A DNA stretch of 64,000 nt from Thermoplasmatota archaeon (GTDB taxonomy: Archaea; Thermoplasmatota; Penumbrarchaeia; Penumbrarchaeales; Penumbrarchaeaceae). The position numbers and the translations under genes are program-made. The stretch covers positions 44,190 to 108,189 of the forward strand of contig JARVGK010000007.1 in NCBI GenBank assembly GCA_029762535.1. Reading direction: 5' to 3'. Positions within the stretch are counted from its first letter, which is position 1. The number at the start of each line of letters is the position of its first letter. This document shows positions 11,013-19,749 of the stretch, in pieces. The notes under the pieces were generated by a model, which was not told where the DNA came from, did not search any database, and saw only the letters and a program-made list of their open reading frames with translations.

Positions 11013-11663
11013 ATGCCAGAAAAACTTGACGATGATATGCAGAAGTTGATGTCGGATATAACCGAGATGGCGAGTCTCTCCAAAGGCATGCTGATCGATT
11101 CCGTCCGAGCGCTCAAGGACCTTGACGGTGATCTCGCCAATGACATCATATCGAGAAAGGACAGGCTCTACGAGTACGATGACCGCATCGAGGAGCGGGC
11201 GTTGAAGATGCTCACGTTATACAGCCCCATGGCCTCGGACCTCAGAAGGATAGCCACCGTTTTCAAGATGATAACGTATCTGACAAGGATAGGCAGATAC
11301 GGATACGACATATCAAAGATAACCCTGCATCTGGTGGGCAAGCCCCACGTGAAGAAACTCATAGATATCCCGCGCATGGCCGAGATCGTGGCGGGGATGA
11401 TCGATGATGTCATAGGCGCATTCCACACGGGCGACCTTGATAGGATCGCGGACCTGGCAGAGAGGGACAATATCGTGGATGAGACGAGGTATTCGATATT
11501 CAGGGAGTGCCTCACATACATGATGGAGGACCCATCGACCATAACCCGATGCACGGATTACATAATGATCGCGAGATACCTTGAGAGATGCGGCGATCAC
11601 GCATGCAAGATCGGTGAGAAGGTTCATTACATGATAACTGGCGAAAGGGTCGAGATCTCATAA
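11013..11663 (+). CDS. phoU: Phosphate signalling/uptake regulator PhoU
   Basis: PMASDLRRI and LERCGDHACKI motifs; follows pstB. Confidence 0.93.
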   Translation: MPEKLDDDMQKLMSDITEMASLSKGMLIDSVRALKDLDGDLANDIISRKDRLYEYDDRIEERALKMLTLYSPMASDLRRIATVFKMITYLTRIGRYGYDISKITLHLVGKPHVKKLIDIPRMAEIVAGMIDDVIGAFHTGDLDRIADLAERDNIVDETRYSIFRECLTYMMEDPSTITRCTDYIMIARYLERCGDHACKIGEKVHYMITGERVEIS

Positions 11664-11675
11664 GGAGGATCCTCC

Positions 11676-12080
11676 TTGAAGAAGAGCGTTCTGATAATCT
11701 GCACTCAGAACTCGGCGAGGTCCCAGATGGCCGAGGCCATACTCAGGCATCTGAAAAGCGATGAATATGATGCTTTTAGCGCCGGGACGGATCCAACTTT
11801 CGTCCATCCCGGGGCCATCGATACCTTGAAGGAGGCGGGGATCGACACCACCCGTTTGAGATCGAAATCCGCCCTGGAATATCTCGGACGTGATTTCGAT
11901 CTGGTGGTGACCGTCTGCGACAGGGCCAAGGAGAAATGCCCGTTCTTCCCGGGGGCCAAAGAGACCGAGCACAGCGGCTTCACGGATCCCGCCGATCTTA
12001 TGGCCCAGGGCCTGTCCCAGCGCGAGGCCTTTGCAGAGGTCCGGGACAGGATCCGCCGGTGGATAGAGGATAGGTTCTGA
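11676..12080 (+). CDS. arsC: Arsenate reductase ArsC (LMW-PTP fold, thioredoxin type)
   Basis: P-loop CTQNSARSQMAE; redox Cys pair VTVCDRAKEKCP; DP motif. Confidence 0.9.
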   Translation: MKKSVLIICTQNSARSQMAEAILRHLKSDEYDAFSAGTDPTFVHPGAIDTLKEAGIDTTRLRSKSALEYLGRDFDLVVTVCDRAKEKCPFFPGAKETEHSGFTDPADLMAQGLSQREAFAEVRDRIRRWIEDRF

Positions 12081-12195
12081 AATATATAAAATATATATCT
12101 TTCCGGGCTTTATATACAAGATATAGGGAATATTAATATCCTCTTCTTTGATTCCCGCGCTTGTAGAACGCGATAAAGCTTTGAAAGGTTGCGGG

Positions 12196-13269
12196 ATGGG
12201 AAATATGCTGTTCGATGGACCCGTGCGGAGAATGGAGAGGATATACTCCGGTTCACCTGGCAAAAGGATCGATGACTCGGACAGGATAGTGATATTCTCC
12301 GACATGCACATGGGGAACAAGGGAAGGGCGGACGATTTCAAGGACAATGCCCACATCTTCAAAACGGCCATGACCTCCCTCTATGTACCTGAGGATTTCG
12401 ATCTGATCATGAACGGGGACATAGAGGAGCTGCACAAGTTCAGGCCCAGGAGCGTCATGGATAGCTGGAAGGGCATATACGAAATGTTCAACGGCGCACT
12501 CGACAGAGGCGGTCTGGACAAGATATCGGGGAACCACGACCATAGGATCTGGCATACGGGGGTCCCGAACAGGGTCTCGGATATCATGACCGACGGATTG
12601 AAGCTCAGGTTCGGGTCCGACACTATTTTCGTCATGCACGGGCACCAGGCCTCGCTCAGGGCCGAGTCGCTGGAGAGATGGGTCCACTACGGGCTCAGGT
12701 ACGGGGCCTCCCCCATAGGATTGAAGAACTATTCCTTCCCCCACGAGAGCGAACTCAAGTTCAGGATAGAGGAGAGGGTATATGATTTCTCGAAGAGGAA
12801 GAGGATTATGACGATAATAGGGCACACACACCGCCCCCTCTTCGAATCCATGTCCAGGGCGGACTCGTTGAAGTTCAAGCTGGAGAGGCTGCTCAGGGAT
12901 TACACTGACTCCACCGGGGATGAAAAGGCCAGGATCGAGAGGAACATACACATATACCATGCCGAGCTCGAGCGTCTCCTGCACAAGAACCCGAGGCCCG
13001 CCATGAGGGAGAGCCTCTACAACAGGGGCGTTCTGGTCCCGAACCTGTTCAACTCGGGATCATGCATAGGCAGGAAAGGGATAACGGCCCTTGAGATAGA
13101 GAACGGGAGGATCTCGCTCGTGTACTGGTTCGATGCCGATAGGTCCACGAAATATTTCAACTACAACGGATTCAAACCCCAACGGGCGGAAGGATCCTCC
13201 ATCTACAGGGTCGTTCTGAAGGAAGAGGACCTCTCCTACATATTCTCCAGGATCAATCTGCTCTCTTGA
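12196..13269 (+). CDS. Calcineurin-like metallophosphoesterase (LpxH/PlcP-like family)
   Basis: SDMHMG, GDIEE, GNHD, HGH, GHTH and NSG motifs; ATG 12196 preferred over TTG 12148. Confidence 0.85.
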   Translation: MGNMLFDGPVRRMERIYSGSPGKRIDDSDRIVIFSDMHMGNKGRADDFKDNAHIFKTAMTSLYVPEDFDLIMNGDIEELHKFRPRSVMDSWKGIYEMFNGALDRGGLDKISGNHDHRIWHTGVPNRVSDIMTDGLKLRFGSDTIFVMHGHQASLRAESLERWVHYGLRYGASPIGLKNYSFPHESELKFRIEERVYDFSKRKRIMTIIGHTHRPLFESMSRADSLKFKLERLLRDYTDSTGDEKARIERNIHIYHAELERLLHKNPRPAMRESLYNRGVLVPNLFNSGSCIGRKGITALEIENGRISLVYWFDADRSTKYFNYNGFKPQRAEGSSIYRVVLKEEDLSYIFSRINLLS

Positions 13270-13273
13270 GATC

Positions 13274-13696
13274 TCAATGGCAGTAAGGGGTGAGGTCGCA
13301 GAGCTTCGAAGCGTTCACCTGCTTGAGCTTGCTCCTTTTACCCTTCTGGTACGGAAGCTCGTCCTGAACATCGATATGGATGGAGGGGGAGTTCCTTTCC
13401 ATTGTCACAGGGTCGATCTTCCGTCCTATCCTCTGAACCTCTCCGTTCTTGCATATGCAGGTGTGGACGTCCCTTAGACGGTCTATCAGATAGCAGAACT
13501 CGCTCTCGTCGAGCTTCGAACCGGTCTTCTTCTGGTCATCCTTGAAGACGTAACCCAGCCCCTCGATGAAGACCGTCCCGTCATCGATGATCTCCTCCTC
13601 CCATTCCTCGTACTTGCCCAGGGACCTGAAGAAGAGAAATCCCAGACCGGCCAGGAATAGCGTTATGGCGGATAGCGTCAGCCCGGAGATGATCAT
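13274..13696 (-). CDS. Hypothetical single-pass membrane protein
   Basis: N-terminal TM helix followed by a charged region. Confidence 0.6.
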   Translation of the reverse strand: MIISGLTLSAITLFLAGLGFLFFRSLGKYEEWEEEIIDDGTVFIEGLGYVFKDDQKKTGSKLDESEFCYLIDRLRDVHTCICKNGEVQRIGRKIDPVTMERNSPSIHIDVQDELPYQKGKRSKLKQVNASKLCDLTPYCH

Positions 13697-13849
13697 GAGT
13701 ATGGTCTGCGTGATATCGCCTCTTATATGCTGTTTATACGAATCTGGATAACGTTTTTTATCCTTGCCTATGTACTAGATAGACACTATTTAGCCGGATA
13801 TAGTCTATAGATAATATGGCGCGGCATTCTCACAAGTGGTACTTCCGGG

Positions 13850-14668
13850 TCACCAATCGTATGTGGAAGAGGTTGTGGACCTCATCCCGAACTGATCGGC
13901 CACATCGAGCCGTATCGAGTAGGTCATCGGTGACATCGGGAACGTGACCCTGGCCATCCTTCCGTTGAGGGGGAATTCCAGGTCGGGAGTTCCCGGGAGA
14001 CCATCATGGTCATATGAGATCGTCCAGTCCCAGCTCAATATCTCTCCGCCCACCCCCGGATGATCGGAAAGCGAACCGTCGAGGACCGGGACCGATATGT
14101 ACGATGCCGACCCCGCATCCCATTCCGTCTGGGTCCTTACAACGAAGACAGGGGACGGAGGGAGGAAGTTCCTGTTGAACGAGTTCCCGTAGCTGGTGGA
14201 TATCTTGATGTTCAGATAGGACGTGAGCGCTATGTCCTTGTCCCCGCCGAAGAAGTAAGTGTCCGGATATACGATAATCGTCACCTGCTCAGTCGAATCC
14301 AATTTGCCCCAGGAGGCGTAATCCGTCCCGGTCTCGAGGAGAACTCCGTTCTTCATGATATCGAACTTCTCGACGACGTGTTCGTTTATGCTTATCATCC
14401 TGATGTAGGAGGTGCCCTCATGGAAGCTGGCGATGATCAATCCGATCTCGAACCACTCCGTTCCGGCAAGGTTCTCCTGAAGCGATATGGAGGATATGCC
14501 TATCTTCTCATTATCGCTGAGGTCCTGTATCCTCTGGTTCCTCTGGTACGCGTCCTGGCGGTCAGCCACGAAAACGGCGAACGATGTGGCGGCGACGACG
14601 ACGATCAGAACGAGTATCAACGCTCCGACCACCTCGGAGACTCCCGAACCGCCCTTGATCTTCTTCAT
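13850..14668 (-). CDS. Archaeal type IV pilin-like protein (class III signal peptide) with C-terminal PKD-like module
   Basis: MKKIKGGSG|VSEVVGALILVLIVVVAATSFAVFV N-terminus; LDGSLSDHP..SWDW..YSIRLDVAD C-terminus. Confidence 0.85.
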   Translation of the reverse strand: MKKIKGGSGVSEVVGALILVLIVVVAATSFAVFVADRQDAYQRNQRIQDLSDNEKIGISSISLQENLAGTEWFEIGLIIASFHEGTSYIRMISINEHVVEKFDIMKNGVLLETGTDYASWGKLDSTEQVTIIVYPDTYFFGGDKDIALTSYLNIKISTSYGNSFNRNFLPPSPVFVVRTQTEWDAGSASYISVPVLDGSLSDHPGVGGEILSWDWTISYDHDGLPGTPDLEFPLNGRMARVTFPMSPMTYSIRLDVADQFGMRSTTSSTYDW

Positions 14669-14844
14669 CCTCGATGCTATGAGGGACTATCTAGATAAAA
14701 TGCATCAATGTATAGCCGATATTATATGGAGTGGAATATAGGACTATGAAGATACATTACTTCTATATGGGTCAGGTTTAAACGAGACGGGGTTCTACAG
14801 CGTTACCCGGGTAAAAGAGAACCTGGCAGTATGGATGTTTCGAG

Positions 14845-15459
14845 ATGGCATTGAAGATACCCGTTCCCGGAATGGACCAGTTCCTATGCGACATACCGGA
14901 CGGTTCGATGCTCGTGATGTCCGGGGGCTTCGAGGGCACACAGTCATTCCTCGCACAGTCCATCGGGTACGGGGCCTACAAATCCGGAAGGGAGGTGACC
15001 TACGTCACCTCGAGGGCGATCCCGGACATCATGGGCGAGGTAATGAGATTCGAACCGGGAGTGGTCCCTTTCTACCTTATAGAGAACGTGCCTCTAAATG
15101 ATTGGAGAACGTTCATATCCTCAAAATGCGTCCTGATAGTGGACTCATACTCCCTGCTCGTTATGAACGTGGAACTCCCTCAACTGAGGGACGGGCTGAT
15201 GGAGATCAAGACGATTGCGAAGGAGCGCGGGGCCACGTTGGTCCTTGTGGCCCACCCTCCTCTCATCGATGAAAGGAGAACGTCCGTCACGGAATACTTC
15301 GCCGACTCTCTTGTCGAGTTCAGGTCCCAGGAGGAGGACGAGTTCGTACGAAGATACCTGAGGGTCCACAAATGGTACGGTACGATACTGGAGCAGCTTA
15401 TCTACTACAGGATCGATGAAGGGCGAATGGAGATAGACCTCAGGGCCAGGATAGTGTGA
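14845..15459 (+). CDS. RecA-superfamily KaiC/RAD55/ArlH-like protein with degenerate Walker A
   Basis: IPVPGMDQFL..IPDGS, VTYVT, LIVDSYS, ADSLVEF and RYLRVHK pattern; P-loop position reads SGGFEGTQS. Confidence 0.75.
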   Translation: MALKIPVPGMDQFLCDIPDGSMLVMSGGFEGTQSFLAQSIGYGAYKSGREVTYVTSRAIPDIMGEVMRFEPGVVPFYLIENVPLNDWRTFISSKCVLIVDSYSLLVMNVELPQLRDGLMEIKTIAKERGATLVLVAHPPLIDERRTSVTEYFADSLVEFRSQEEDEFVRRYLRVHKWYGTILEQLIYYRIDEGRMEIDLRARIV

Positions 15460-15469
15460 GGACGTTCTT

Positions 15470-16984
15470 ATGATACAATCCAAGGGATACGAGAGATTCG
15501 GCCTAACGGGCAACCCTTTCCGGGACCTTGCCTCCGAGACGCTCGAGACCATCGACATCTTCCACGTCAGACAGGAGATGGACGATCATCTGCGAATGAT
15601 AATCGACGAGATCTTCGAGAAGCAGTCCAAGGCGGTCGTGGCCATACTCGGAGCCCTGGGCATGGGCAAGACCCAGAGGCTTCTCCTGATCCAGAGCTGG
15701 GCCAGGGATAAGAAGGCCTACTGCGTGTTCAGGTCCATCAATCCCCAGGCAAAGCTCGTCATAAGCGATGTCATAAAGACCTTGATCGATACGGTCCCCC
15801 TGACATTCTTCGAGAGGAACATCTCCGCGCCCAGATTCTATTCGGACCTGAAGAAGGCATACAGGTCCTCCCGGAAGAAGTTCGACCCGGAACTGATCGG
15901 CAGGGCCATCGCCGGAGCCCTCAACGCCCGTTCCCCTTCGATACTTATACTTAACGACCTTCACAACGTCGATCCAACGGCCGAGCTGCCGGATTTCCTT
16001 CAGGTGCTGTATTCCATAGTCAACAACCTGGACGAGGGCGTCATGATAGCGATAGGGTCCAACTCCGCATATTTCGACGGGATAATGAAGAGGCATCAGT
16101 CCCTCGAGGAGAGGATAAACTACAAGCTGGAGGTGCAGCCCCTCATAGACACGGAGGCCCAGGAGATGGTGGCGAAGAGGCTGACGGCGAAGAGGCTCGT
16201 CGAGGACCTAAACCCCATATACCCCTTCAACAACGATTCCATATCGATATTGAACTCGGAATCACATGGAAATCCCCGGCAGGTCCTCAAGCTCTCGGAC
16301 AGGATCATCGACCAGGCCGCGACCGAGAGGGTCATACAGATAGACGCCCAGTATGCGATGGATATACTCGAGGGATCGAGACAGAAGAGGTCCCTTCCTC
16401 CGGCCCCCCATGAGATCCTCAAGAAGCTGAGGGAGGAGGCCAGGGTCAAGAGGCCGGCCATCCCGTCTCGGACCCCCCCGGGCATCTCAACAGAGTTCGA
16501 GAAGAAGGTCAAGGAATACGAGCATGCCCTGGAGAAGATGGAGAAGGCCCTGGAGAGGAAAGAACCCCTGCCTGAAAAAGAGAAGAGGATGCCCGGGGCA
16601 GCGGTCAAGGTCGATCTCCCGGTCGATGCTCCTCTGGAGGTCGCTCCATCGATGCCCGATCCGATCGGGACGGTGCCCCCGGTCAAGGTCGATCTCCCCG
16701 TCGATACTCCTCTGGAGGTCGCTCCCCCGATGACCGGTCCTACCACGATCGTGCCCAAGCCCTCCCTGGACGAGGAGCTGCCGCTCATCATCAAGAAGAA
16801 GGTGACGATGAGAAAATTGGAGACCGTCACCGAGGACGGCATTCCGGCGCCTCCGAAGAGCATCTTCATAATTGAGGAGAGGGAAATGCCCGGTCCTCCC
16901 AGGAAAGAGAAGGGTTCCAAGGGCGAACCGTCCGAGGATGCCGTTCTCTCCAGGTACAGGTCGGTTCCTCCGACGCGGAGTTAA
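15470..16984 (+). CDS. P-loop AAA-type ATPase with Pro-rich low-complexity C-terminal tail
   Basis: FGLTGNPF N-terminus, Walker A GALGMGKT, Walker B-like LILND, GNPRQV. Confidence 0.8.
   Translation: MIQSKGYERFGLTGNPFRDLASETLETIDIFHVRQEMDDHLRMIIDEIFEKQSKAVVAILGALGMGKTQRLLLIQSWARDKKAYCVFRSINPQAKLVISDVIKTLIDTVPLTFFERNISAPRFYSDLKKAYRSSRKKFDPELIGRAIAGALNARSPSILILNDLHNVDPTAELPDFLQVLYSIVNNLDEGVMIAIGSNSAYFDGIMKRHQSLEERINYKLEVQPLIDTEAQEMVAKRLTAKRLVEDLNPIYPFNNDSISILNSESHGNPRQVLKLSDRIIDQAATERVIQIDAQYAMDILEGSRQKRSLPPAPHEILKKLREEARVKRPAIPSRTPPGISTEFEKKVKEYEHALEKMEKALERKEPLPEKEKRMPGAAVKVDLPVDAPLEVAPSMPDPIGTVPPVKVDLPVDTPLEVAPPMTGPTTIVPKPSLDEELPLIIKKKVTMRKLETVTEDGIPAPPKSIFIIEEREMPGPPRKEKGSKGEPSEDAVLSRYRSVPPTRS
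16602..16740 (+). repeat. Intragenic tandem duplication with 78-bp period (VKVDLPVDxPLEVAPxMxxP)
   Basis: cggtcaaggtcgatctccc..gtcgat.ctcctctggaggtcgctcc occurs at 16602 and 16680. Confidence 0.85.
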
Positions 16985-17118
16985 TGCAGTAAGTATCCTA
17001 CTTTTATCTATGTAAACCACTGTCCCTAACGCCTGGTATATCATATTATTTAGAGTAAATTATTGCCGTAGGCAGGGCTTAAGGCATGTATCGGTCCTCG
17101 GTGTCCTCGGTGTAGGAC

Positions 17119-17376
17119 ATGATACGGGAACTAAGGCATCAAACGGTGGTCGAGGCCATCTGGAACAGAGGGGGCTGCGCCTCCATGAAGGACATCGAGA
17201 ACTTGATGTACCAGCATCTCAAGGGGCCTTACCACTCCGATCTGGGCTTCATGTATCTGGAGGACCGAACGGCGATCATGAGGCTCAAGATCGACGAGAT
17301 CCTCGACGACCTGCGCAGGAACGGGCTCGTTGAGATGATCGATGAGGACCTGTTCGCACTCACCGACGCCTCGTAG
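17119..17376 (+). CDS. Small hypothetical protein, possibly winged-helix
   Basis: 85 aa; ILDDLRRNGLVEM..LFALT wing-like ending. Confidence 0.55.
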   Translation: MIRELRHQTVVEAIWNRGGCASMKDIENLMYQHLKGPYHSDLGFMYLEDRTAIMRLKIDEILDDLRRNGLVEMIDEDLFALTDAS

Positions 17377-17436
17377 ATGTAGATGCATCTTCCATGGTCC
17401 GAACGAAGCGTGGGCGCAAGACCCGATCCGCTCAGG

Positions 17437-18840
17437 CTAGAACACGGCTATGGAGAATAGAAGGACCACGACCAGGGCGAGAACGAGCGAGTGTACCAGT
17501 CCGTAGCGGATCTTGCCCTCGGTTATCTTCCCTATTATCGTTCCAGATCCGATCCCCATTATGATCGCCAGATGGAAGAAGCGCCTCTTCAGCGTCAGAA
17601 GCCCCATCTTGACGACAGATGCGCCCCCTTCCGACCCTTCGAGTCCCTGGAAGCCGAAGACCATGGACATGTCCAGATTCTCGAACTTGGGATAGACGTC
17701 CATAAGCATGTATATGACCGTGAGGAGAACGCCCAAGGCCATGTATATTATAGTTATCTGAATGGTCATCTGCCTCCTTCTCTCGGCCTTGACCTTCACG
17801 AAATCGTCCAGATCCCTCGCAGCCCTGTGCACGACGACGGCTATGTTGCCCCCTATCTTCGTTGATTCGGCGATGAGCGTCGTGTACCTCTTCACCACCC
17901 TGCTGTTCGAGGGAGCGGCCACGATGTCCAGGGCCTCTTCGAACGCCCGCCCCGCCATGATGTTCTTCGAGGCGATCCTGAGGTATTTTGACATGACGCT
18001 CGAGTCGGTCTTCGCTATCTCGACTATCGCCCTGGCCGGGTCTATGCCGCCTCTCATTCCGTCCGCGATCCCGAACAGGAGCTGGGCGAACGCCGCCTCG
18101 TACCTGTTTATCCTCTTGAGCTCCCTCTGCGAGTCGATCGCGTACGGGGTCGTTCCGATGAAGAAACCGATTATCAGAACGATCTCGATCCCGAACCTTC
18201 CCAGGTCCGGATGGTCGTGGACGTAGAATAGTCCCAGTATGGTGAAGGTGATGGCGGTGAGGATCGGTACGTAGAGTATTAGATACTTCTGCTGCACCGG
18301 ATGCGTTATGAGGAACTTCTTGAGCCTGAATCTCCTCTTGGCCCTCAGATAGATATAACCGGATATGGCCAGTACCGCGAGGATGGCGAATATCACGCTG
18401 ATGAAAACGAGGACCTGCATCGAGGAGGGGAGGGTGAGTTCGAACCCGGGCTCCGGTTCGTCGCTGACGATGAAGACCGAATCGACCATCGCCTCGTTCC
18501 CCGCGTTGTCCCTGATGATGAAGGTGAGATTGTGCGGGCCGCTCGATAGGGTGTATATAGTGTCTATCTTGACCGTCATGTCGGTCTCGTTCACTATGAG
18601 GTCGAAGTAGGCGGAGACGTCGAAATCGTCGATGTAAAGAACCGCGCTTCCCGTGTCAATGCCCGAATAATCGGTGTACTTTATCTGTATCACCGGGTTG
18701 GGATCGTATATGGTCTGGTTCGCCGCGGGATAGACCAGGGTGACGATCGGCGGATCCGTGTCCTCTGCTGATGCATAGGACATGATGAGGACCAGGGGCA
18801 ACAGGAGAAGGACCGCTGCGGGGAACGTGAACGATCTCAT
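17437..18840 (-). CDS. Type IV filament platform protein (T2SS-F/TadC/ArlJ family) with N-terminal exported Ig-like domain
   Basis: Signal peptide plus DTDPPIVTL..HNLTFIIRDNAGN Ig-like domain, then TMs and the F domain (FAQLLFGIADGMRGG..GRAFEEAL..GGNI..GKITEG). Confidence 0.85.
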   Translation of the reverse strand: MRSFTFPAAVLLLLPLVLIMSYASAEDTDPPIVTLVYPAANQTIYDPNPVIQIKYTDYSGIDTGSAVLYIDDFDVSAYFDLIVNETDMTVKIDTIYTLSSGPHNLTFIIRDNAGNEAMVDSVFIVSDEPEPGFELTLPSSMQVLVFISVIFAILAVLAISGYIYLRAKRRFRLKKFLITHPVQQKYLILYVPILTAITFTILGLFYVHDHPDLGRFGIEIVLIIGFFIGTTPYAIDSQRELKRINRYEAAFAQLLFGIADGMRGGIDPARAIVEIAKTDSSVMSKYLRIASKNIMAGRAFEEALDIVAAPSNSRVVKRYTTLIAESTKIGGNIAVVVHRAARDLDDFVKVKAERRRQMTIQITIIYMALGVLLTVIYMLMDVYPKFENLDMSMVFGFQGLEGSEGGASVVKMGLLTLKRRFFHLAIIMGIGSGTIIGKITEGKIRYGLVHSLVLALVVVLLFSIAVF

Positions 18841-19749
18841 TCAATCCACCTTTGCATAGGATGCCGATATGAACAGGTTCATGGCGATCACGGAGAAGGG
18901 GATCAGGAAATATGTCATGATTATGAGAAGGGTGCTCGCGTCTATCCCGTTGAACGTCGATGCCAGCGTCTCCATGAGGAACGCCGCCACCCCGGCGAAC
19001 AATATTCCCATCAGCACCAGGCTGGTATAGATCTCCATCAGGGTGCCGAGGCCCTCTATGAACTCCTTCTGTATGTCCCTCTTGAGTTTGAGGCTCGCAT
19101 CGGCCTTGTTCCTGAGATACGTGTCCATGTCGCCGCCCTCGTGTATCATGTTCGAGAAGTCCCAGAGCATCTCCCTGAGATGCTGGGAGGGAGTCTCCTT
19201 GGCCGTCTCGCTTATGGCGGTGATTATGTCCTTCCCCTCCACGTCCAGGTGGTATATTATCTTCCTGAACTCCCTGGACATGTACTTCGAGTCCTTTCTC
19301 TGGGAGATCTTCCTCATTATCTGAACCGGGGAGAGGCCGGTGGATGCCAGGATGGAGAGCTCGCTCATGGTGAAGGGCAGCTCCTTGTCTATCTCCGACT
19401 TCTTCTTGGATATCCTCGAGGAGATGATAAGGGGATAGGAGAATATCGTGACGAGAAGGGAGACGGCAAAGAGCGAGGCCGTGAACAAGGGCCAGCCTTC
19501 CACGTTGAACATCACCCTGAAGACGAGTATGGATATGATAAGGACCGCCGCGGCCGAGAACAGCGTGGCGTATAACATCATGGAGAGGTACATCCCCGGG
19601 GACATGTTCACGTCCCCCTTGGACAGCCTGAGCTTGAGCCGGTTCATGTCGTATTTTAGATCCAATGTGCGACCAAGGGACTGATAGGAGAAACGCTTGT
19701 ACCTCTCCAGGAACCCCTCCCAGGCGGAGGGGTCATCCTTTCTTGACAT
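18841..19749 (-). CDS. Type IV filament platform protein (T2SS-F/TadB/ArlJ family)
   Basis: IDKELPF..LASTG, GKDIITAI, TPSQHLRE and GGDMDTYL motifs; overlaps the ATPase gene. Confidence 0.9.
   Translation of the reverse strand: MSRKDDPSAWEGFLERYKRFSYQSLGRTLDLKYDMNRLKLRLSKGDVNMSPGMYLSMMLYATLFSAAAVLIISILVFRVMFNVEGWPLFTASLFAVSLLVTIFSYPLIISSRISKKKSEIDKELPFTMSELSILASTGLSPVQIMRKISQRKDSKYMSREFRKIIYHLDVEGKDIITAISETAKETPSQHLREMLWDFSNMIHEGGDMDTYLRNKADASLKLKRDIQKEFIEGLGTLMEIYTSLVLMGILFAGVAAFLMETLASTFNGIDASTLLIIMTYFLIPFSVIAMNLFISASYAKVD

Noticed and set aside
17094-17112. 9-bp tandem repeat gtcctcggt x2
   Set aside because: Only two short copies; compatible with chance or replication slippage
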